The notes below the pieces were generated by a model, which saw only the letters and a program-made list of their open reading frames with translations, searched no databases and was not told the DNA's origin. Of a stretch of DNA of 64,000 nt, positions 58,558-64,000 are shown piece by piece (position 1 is the first letter of the stretch; each line of letters begins with the position of its first letter). The translations under genes and the position numbers were made by a program. The stretch comes from an uncultured delta proteobacterium (GTDB lineage Bacteria > Desulfobacterota > WTBG01), in NCBI GenBank assembly GCA_963751515.1, contig CAVVUR010000008.1, positions 140,281 to 204,280 of the forward strand. Reading direction: 5' to 3'.

Positions 58558-60301
58558 AGGAACCGGTGTCTCCCCGGGCATCATCATCGGGAAGGCATTT
58601 TTGTTTGTTCCCGACGATATCGAGATACCTGTCATCACCCTTGCCGGCAAGGCTGAAATCAACGGGGAAATTGAACGTTTCAAGCAGGCCCTTGCCAGGT
58701 CCAGGGAGAATCTCCGCGCGGTGAAAAAAGAAGTGGAGCGCAAAAAGCAGAAGGAGGCACGCTACATCATCGATGCCCAGCTTCTGATCCTGGAAGACAA
58801 ACTCCTGGTGGATAATATCATCAAGACCATCCGGGAGAAGGGGATTGATGCCGCATCGGCGGTTAAAGAGACCGTCCGGAAACTGAGCCGGGGCTTCGAC
58901 GATGTGAGCGACGAATATCTGAAGGAGAGAAAGACCGACCTCGATTATATCGGCGAACGCATCGTACGCAACATCCTGGGCACAAAACGTCACGACCTGT
59001 CCACCATACATGAGCCGTCCATCATCGTTGCACACGATCTTTCTCCCGCTGATACCGCGCATCTGGACACCAGCGTGGTCGTCGGCTTTGTAACCAATAC
59101 CGGGGGCAAAACATCCCATACGGCGATCATGGCCAGGGCACTGGAAATACCCTCTGTGGTCGGTCTGGAAAAAGTGACCAAAGAGGTGAAGAACGGCGAT
59201 GTGATCATCATTGACGGGGCTATAGGCGTGGTCATCGTCCGGCCAACCGCTGAAACCCTGCGCAGCTATTCTGAAAAGAAGCAGATGTATGAACAGCTCA
59301 AAAAGGAGCTTTTTCAATATAAAGACCTGCCCGCGGAAACACCGGACGGATTTCATATCAGGCTTCTGGCCAACGTTGAGCTGGTGGAAGAAGTTTCCGC
59401 CATCCTGGAACACGGGGCGGAAGGCATTGGGCTCTACCGTACCGAGTTCCTCTATCTTAACCGGAAAGAGCTTCCCTCTGAAGACGAGCAATTCAACATC
59501 TACAAAAAGGTTATCAAAACCATTGCCCCCTATCCCGTTACCATACGCACCCTGGATCTCGGGGGGGATAAGTTCCTCTCCCACCTTGATCTGGTGGAAG
59601 AAATGAACCCTGTCCTGGGATTGCGGGCAATCAGGCTGTGCTTAAAAGAGGTGGGCATCTTCAAAACCCAGTTGCGGGCATTGCTCAGGGCCAGCGCGTT
59701 CGGCGAGCTCAAGATGCTCTTCCCCATGATTTCCGGAATGCAGGAAATTTACCAGATAAAAGTAATCTTAGACGAAATCAGGCATGACCTTACGGTTTCA
59801 GGCATTCCCTTCAATCCCCATGTTCAGATCGGGATCATGATCGAAATCCCCTCTGCGGCAACCATTGCGGATCTGCTGGCGCGAGAAGTCGACTTTTTCA
59901 GCATAGGAACCAATGACCTTATACAATATACCCTTGCCATCGACCGGGTGAATGAGCACGTATCTTATCTGTACAATCCGCTCCACCCATCCGTGATCAG
60001 ACTGATAAAATCTGTAATAGAGTCGGCCCATAGCAATGGCATAGAGGTGGTGATGTGCGGAGAAATGGCGGGAGAACCTCTCTACCTTCCCATCCTGCTG
60101 GGACTGGGTATTGACGAGCTGAGCATGAATCCGCTTTGCATACTCAAAATAAAAAAAGTAATGAGATCATTAGGTTATCGACAATGCCGCGATTTTGTCA
60201 AGACCATTGATCACTTAAAAACTGCCGAGGAAATCGAAGCGTTTATGAGGCTGGAAATGAAAAAGCTATTTCCGGCGGCATTTGAAATGACCGAGGCATA
60301 A
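58526..60301 (+). CDS. ptsI: phosphoenolpyruvate-protein phosphotransferase (Enzyme I)
   Basis: 'TNTGGKTSHTAIMARALEIPSVVG' phospho-His region; 'GLYRTEFLYL'; 'CGEMAGEP'. Confidence 0.9.
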   Translation: METAQKNLLLKGTGVSPGIIIGKAFLFVPDDIEIPVITLAGKAEINGEIERFKQALARSRENLRAVKKEVERKKQKEARYIIDAQLLILEDKLLVDNIIKTIREKGIDAASAVKETVRKLSRGFDDVSDEYLKERKTDLDYIGERIVRNILGTKRHDLSTIHEPSIIVAHDLSPADTAHLDTSVVVGFVTNTGGKTSHTAIMARALEIPSVVGLEKVTKEVKNGDVIIIDGAIGVVIVRPTAETLRSYSEKKQMYEQLKKELFQYKDLPAETPDGFHIRLLANVELVEEVSAILEHGAEGIGLYRTEFLYLNRKELPSEDEQFNIYKKVIKTIAPYPVTIRTLDLGGDKFLSHLDLVEEMNPVLGLRAIRLCLKEVGIFKTQLRALLRASAFGELKMLFPMISGMQEIYQIKVILDEIRHDLTVSGIPFNPHVQIGIMIEIPSAATIADLLAREVDFFSIGTNDLIQYTLAIDRVNEHVSYLYNPLHPSVIRLIKSVIESAHSNGIEVVMCGEMAGEPLYLPILLGLGIDELSMNPLCILKIKKVMRSLGYRQCRDFVKTIDHLKTAEEIEAFMRLEMKKLFPAAFEMTEA

Positions 60302-60475
60302 CCCCTGCCGAAACCGGTCGTCCCTGCCCGGCAGCACCTGTAACCCCGGGAATGAGGGAAAAAGTCCGCAGTCATGTACTTTTAGATTGACTTGGCAGTT
60401 ATAATAAACTATAATTGTGAATTCCAAACAGCTGTAGTAGCTTCAACCAATTCTCAAGGGAGGGAGGGGATATGG

Positions 60476-60682
60476 ATGCCAGGTATTAAGGTTAACGAAG
60501 ACGAGCCTTTTGAAATCGCGCTGCGAAGATTTAAAAAACAGTGCGAAAAGGCCGGGATACTGTCAGAAGTAAAGAAGCGGCAGTATTATGAAAAGCCCAG
60601 CATTAAAAGAAAGAAGAAATCGATAGCCGCACGCAAAAGAGCTATAAAGACCACACGGCGTTACAGATCGCCTTTTGAATAA
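60476..60682 (+). CDS. rpsU: 30S ribosomal protein S21
   Basis: '[42 protein letters not shown]' ; strong GGGAGGGAGGGGA RBS. Confidence 0.9.
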   Translation: MPGIKVNEDEPFEIALRRFKKQCEKAGILSEVKKRQYYEKPSIKRKKKSIAARKRAIKTTRRYRSPFE

Positions 60683-60727
60683 GCTGTTCCGCGCTTATGA
60701 TTTCGAACTGATAGGAAGGGGATACCC

Positions 60728-60756
60728 GCAGGAGCGGGCATTCCCGCTCTGCTTTT
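60728..60756 (+). terminator. rho-independent terminator after rpsU
   Basis: GCAGGAGCGGG-catt-CCCGCTCTGC followed by TTTT. Confidence 0.55.
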
Positions 60757-60896
60757 CGGGCATGAGCGTTTCTATTCAATGTAACCGTTGCACGCTTTCC
60801 CGTAACCATTGCGTTCCTTAGCATATCCGCTCCGCAAGCAAAGTTCATGGTCATGACGTTTGATTCCCTTTGCCGTTGTCTGGATGCCTGAGGGAG

Positions 60897-62699
60897 ATGA
60901 GCCGGGTGTCAATCTCTATTCCGGATGACAAGATAGCTGAAATAAAAGGCGCCTGCAATATCGTCCACCTCATATCCGAATATGTTTCACTGAAAAAATA
61001 TGGGGTAAATTACCGGGGCCTCTGCCCGTTCCACGCAGAAAACGACCCTTCGTTCACGGTAAGCGAGGCAAAGCAGATATTCCACTGCTTCGGCTGCAAC
61101 ACCGGGGGCAATGTTTTTACCTTCCTGATGAAGTTTGAACATCTCTCCTTTCCCGAGGCGGTAAAAAAGGTGGCCGGGAAATACGGCATCGAAATCCCCA
61201 GCCGGGAAATCACCCCCCGGCAAAAGCAGATTGCCGGTGAAAAAGAGGTGCTGTTTTCGCTCAATGAGCTTGCCGCGTCCTATTACAGCGGCCTCCTGAA
61301 CGCGCGGGAAGGAGAAAAGGCGCGCGCCTACCTGGCCGGGCGCCACATGGCACAGGAGACCATACGCGACTTCAGGCTGGGATACGCCACACCCGCGTGG
61401 GACGGACTGCTGCTCTGCCTGAAAGCGAAGGGGGCATCGCTCGATGCGGCTCACAAGCTGGGGCTCATCAAGCAGGGCAGAAACAACAGCTGGTATGACG
61501 GCTTCAGAAACAGGATCATTTTCCCCATTACCGATTATAACGGGAGGATTATCGGCTTCAGCAGCCGGGCGCTGGATAATGACGGTGCAAAATACATCAA
61601 CTCTTCCGATTCGCTCATCTATAAAAAGAGCGCGAGCCTTTTCGGACTCAACGCGGCCCTGCCTTCCATCCGCAGGGAAGATATGGCCATACTGGTTGAA
61701 GGCAATTTCGATCTCATAAGCCTGCACCAGCACGGCATAACCAACGCGGTTGCCACCTTGGGAACAGCGCTTACCGACAGCCACGTCAAGCTGCTCAAGC
61801 GCTTCACCGTCACCATTGTCATCGCCTTTGACGGCGACGAGGCGGGGAGGAAGGCGGCGATGAAATCTCTGCCGCTCTTCCTGCAAAACGGTATTTCGCC
61901 CAGGCTGCTTGAGCTTCCTGCCGGGACCGATCCGGACTCATTCATTCACCGGGAAAAGGAGGAGGCATTCAGAGCGCGGATCAACCGCTCGCTTCCCCTG
62001 GTGGAATGCTTCATCACCCGGGCACTCAGGAAGAGCAACCCTTCGAACATCGGAGGCACCCTGGCCGTCATCCGGGAAACCACGCCGGTGCTCTCCCAGA
62101 TTAAGGACGACACCGAGAGAAACCTGTACATTCAAAAATTGTCGCAGGACCTCAAGGTGCCGGAGCATATTATCAGGGCCGACCTTTCCTCAGCCGGGCG
62201 GCCCACGGATGAATCGTCCGGCCAGGCTGCCGGTACACCTTCCAGCCGCAACCGGGCGGAAGAGCTGCTGCTGCAGGTGATGCTCCTGCATCCCGACCTC
62301 ATCCCCCGGGTCAGGCAGACACAGATACTGGCCGATCTCAAGGAACCCGAATTGAAGCGGGTCGCCCTGTGCCTGGTGGAGCTGTTCGACACCAACCGAT
62401 CCATGGAGGTCGACTCCCTGATGGACGGCGTGGAAGATGGGACGCTCAAAAGCATCATCTCCGAGCTGGTAATGAAAGGCGAATGCATTGTCGACCCCCT
62501 CAAGACCTTGAACGGGAGCATTCAGAAAATCAAGTCGGCCACCATAGAAAGGGAAATAAAGCTGGTAAACAACAAAATCAGGGAGGCCGAGGAGGGAAAT
62601 GATCTAACCGCCATTCAGCACTTCCTGACCTGCAAGCAGCAACTCCTCGAACAAAAGAAGGCCTGTGCAGCAGATCACGCTTCTGTTCACGTACCCTAA
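60897..62699 (+). CDS. dnaG: DNA primase
   Basis: CHC2 zinc finger 'CPFHAENDPSFTVSEAKQIFHCFGC'; TOPRIM 'ILVEGNFDLIS'; start could alternatively be GTG 60906. Confidence 0.9.
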   Translation: MSRVSISIPDDKIAEIKGACNIVHLISEYVSLKKYGVNYRGLCPFHAENDPSFTVSEAKQIFHCFGCNTGGNVFTFLMKFEHLSFPEAVKKVAGKYGIEIPSREITPRQKQIAGEKEVLFSLNELAASYYSGLLNAREGEKARAYLAGRHMAQETIRDFRLGYATPAWDGLLLCLKAKGASLDAAHKLGLIKQGRNNSWYDGFRNRIIFPITDYNGRIIGFSSRALDNDGAKYINSSDSLIYKKSASLFGLNAALPSIRREDMAILVEGNFDLISLHQHGITNAVATLGTALTDSHVKLLKRFTVTIVIAFDGDEAGRKAAMKSLPLFLQNGISPRLLELPAGTDPDSFIHREKEEAFRARINRSLPLVECFITRALRKSNPSNIGGTLAVIRETTPVLSQIKDDTERNLYIQKLSQDLKVPEHIIRADLSSAGRPTDESSGQAAGTPSSRNRAEELLLQVMLLHPDLIPRVRQTQILADLKEPELKRVALCLVELFDTNRSMEVDSLMDGVEDGTLKSIISELVMKGECIVDPLKTLNGSIQKIKSATIEREIKLVNNKIREAEEGNDLTAIQHFLTCKQQLLEQKKACAADHASVHVP

Positions 62700-62720
62700 C
62701 CCAGAAGGAGCACACCGCCG

Positions 62721-64000
62721 ATGTCAAAAAAGGAAGCCATTGACCAGGTAAATCAGCTTATTGACATGGGAAAGGAAAAGGGATTTTTAACCTACGAGGA
62801 AGTCAACGATATGCTCCCTTCGGACATCGTTTCTCCGGACCAGATTGACGACCTGATGATCATGTTCGGGGAAATGGACATCGAGATCGTCGAAGGAGTG
62901 CAAAAAGTAAAAATTTTCAAGCGCAAGCTCCAGAAGTCCCCTGAAGAGGCGGAAGGGGAATCAGAAGAGGAGCTCGACCAGGCTCCCTTCGAAAAGTTTA
63001 ACGACCCCGTCAGGATGTACTTGCGGGAGATGGGCTCGGTGTCCCTGCTCAACCGGGAAGAAGAGGTGGAAATTGCCAAGCGCATCGAGGAGGGCGAGAA
63101 GGAGATTGTCAGGGTCATCGTCCACGCGCCGTTTACCATACAGGAGCTGATCTCCATCGGGGAAAAATTACAATCCGAAAAGATGTCGGTGCGGGAAGTG
63201 ATCGGTGACCTGGAGGACGAGGAGACGGAGATCGATGAAGCATATTACTCCAAGAAGGTGCTCAACCTGATCGGAAAAATCAAGAGCTGCGATCAAAAGA
63301 GGACGCAGCTTCTGAAACAGGTAACACAGAAAAGCGTAAGCGAGACCCGGCGAAAGGACATCGGTAAGAAAGTCGATGAAACAAGTGAAAAAATAGGCGC
63401 CCTGCTGCAGAAGGTCAACCTGAACAAGAACCAGATCGAACATATCACGGAAAAATTAAAGCGCTTCCTCGAAAAGCTGAAGAAGGCGGAGGCGGAAATC
63501 AAATATTGCGAGGAAAAGGCGGGCATACGCCTGGAAGAGCTCAGGAAATGCTTCCGCCAGATCAGGAAGGGCCACCAGGAGGAGCGCAAGGTGGCCAAGA
63601 AAATCGGCATCAGCGGCAAGGAGCTGCTGGAGTATGAGAAAGTCATCCAGGGCGCGCAGAAGAAGATAAAGCGCATTGAAGCCGAATCCACCTTTGATGC
63701 CCAGGCCCTAAAAAAGGCGGTGAAGTCCATCGAGGAAGGCGAGATGAAGGCCAAGCTGGCGAAGGATGAACTGGTTAAGGCCAACTTGCGCCTGGTGGTA
63801 AGCCTGGCGAAGAAATACACCAACCGCGGGCTGCAATTTCTGGACCTGATCCAGGAGGGCAACATAGGGCTCATCAAGGCGGTCGACAAGTTTGAGTACC
63901 AGCGCGGCTACAAGTTCAGCACCTACGCCACCTGGTGGATCAGGCAGGCCATAACCAGGGCCATAGCCGACCAGGCCCGGACCATACGCATACCGGTGCA
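62721..64000 (+). CDS. rpoD: RNA polymerase sigma factor RpoD (5' part; runs off window)
   Basis: Region 1.1 acidic N-terminus, '[54 protein letters not shown]' region 2; GAAGGAG RBS; rpsU-dnaG-rpoD operon order. Confidence 0.9.
   Translation, partial: MSKKEAIDQVNQLIDMGKEKGFLTYEEVNDMLPSDIVSPDQIDDLMIMFGEMDIEIVEGVQKVKIFKRKLQKSPEEAEGESEEELDQAPFEKFNDPVRMYLREMGSVSLLNREEEVEIAKRIEEGEKEIVRVIVHAPFTIQELISIGEKLQSEKMSVREVIGDLEDEETEIDEAYYSKKVLNLIGKIKSCDQKRTQLLKQVTQKSVSETRRKDIGKKVDETSEKIGALLQKVNLNKNQIEHITEKLKRFLEKLKKAEAEIKYCEEKAGIRLEELRKCFRQIRKGHQEERKVAKKIGISGKELLEYEKVIQGAQKKIKRIEAESTFDAQALKKAVKSIEEGEMKAKLAKDELVKANLRLVVSLAKKYTNRGLQFLDLIQEGNIGLIKAVDKFEYQRGYKFSTYATWWIRQAITRAIADQARTIRIPV

Noticed and set aside
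1-64000. CRISPR arrays, rRNA or tRNA genes, integrase/transposase genes
   Set aside because: No regularly spaced direct repeats were seen. No rRNA-like conserved blocks were seen. No tRNA cloverleaf was found in intergenic regions. No transposase or integrase ORF was found.

Overview
The window reads as a high-GC (~58-60%) anaerobic, deltaproteobacterium-like chromosome segment, with housekeeping islands and accessory envelope regions. Housekeeping islands: ileS-lspA-lgt; plsY; rsmI; ptsH-ptsI; rpsU-dnaG-rpoD; iorA-iorB-paaK; and a frameshifted H+-pyrophosphatase gene. Accessory regions: (i) an LPS/polysaccharide cluster (~27.5-46.3 kb) with GT4/GT2 glycosyltransferases, two DegT/ArnB-type aminotransferases, a UDPGP-type nucleotidyltransferase, several Kdo/WaaP-family kinase-like genes and a sulfotransferase; a 3-kb block of this cluster is heavily frameshifted. 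(ii) The most unusual feature is a same-strand cluster at ~11.8-22.6 kb. It encodes two lipoproteins, a TPR protein, a PEGA/FGE (SUMF1-like) protein, a MotA/TolQ/ExbB-family channel protein with no canonical MotB/ExbD partner, an Hsp70-like ATPase fused to a degenerate FHA domain, and two paralogous proteins. Each paralog has an ExbD/TolR-like N-terminal transmembrane helix with a conserved Asp, a long coiled coil and a periplasmic vWA (MIDAS) domain. I read this as a possible uncharacterised 5:2-stator-type ion-driven module with vWA-bearing B-type subunits. The window also contains a MITE-like nested inverted-repeat family (4 copies), REP-like palindromes and two near-identical consensus sigma70-type promoters. 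Frameshifts are numerous, including one in the essential ileS, so many apparent pseudogenes are more likely sequence-quality indels than genuine gene decay. No rRNA, tRNA or CRISPR was found.
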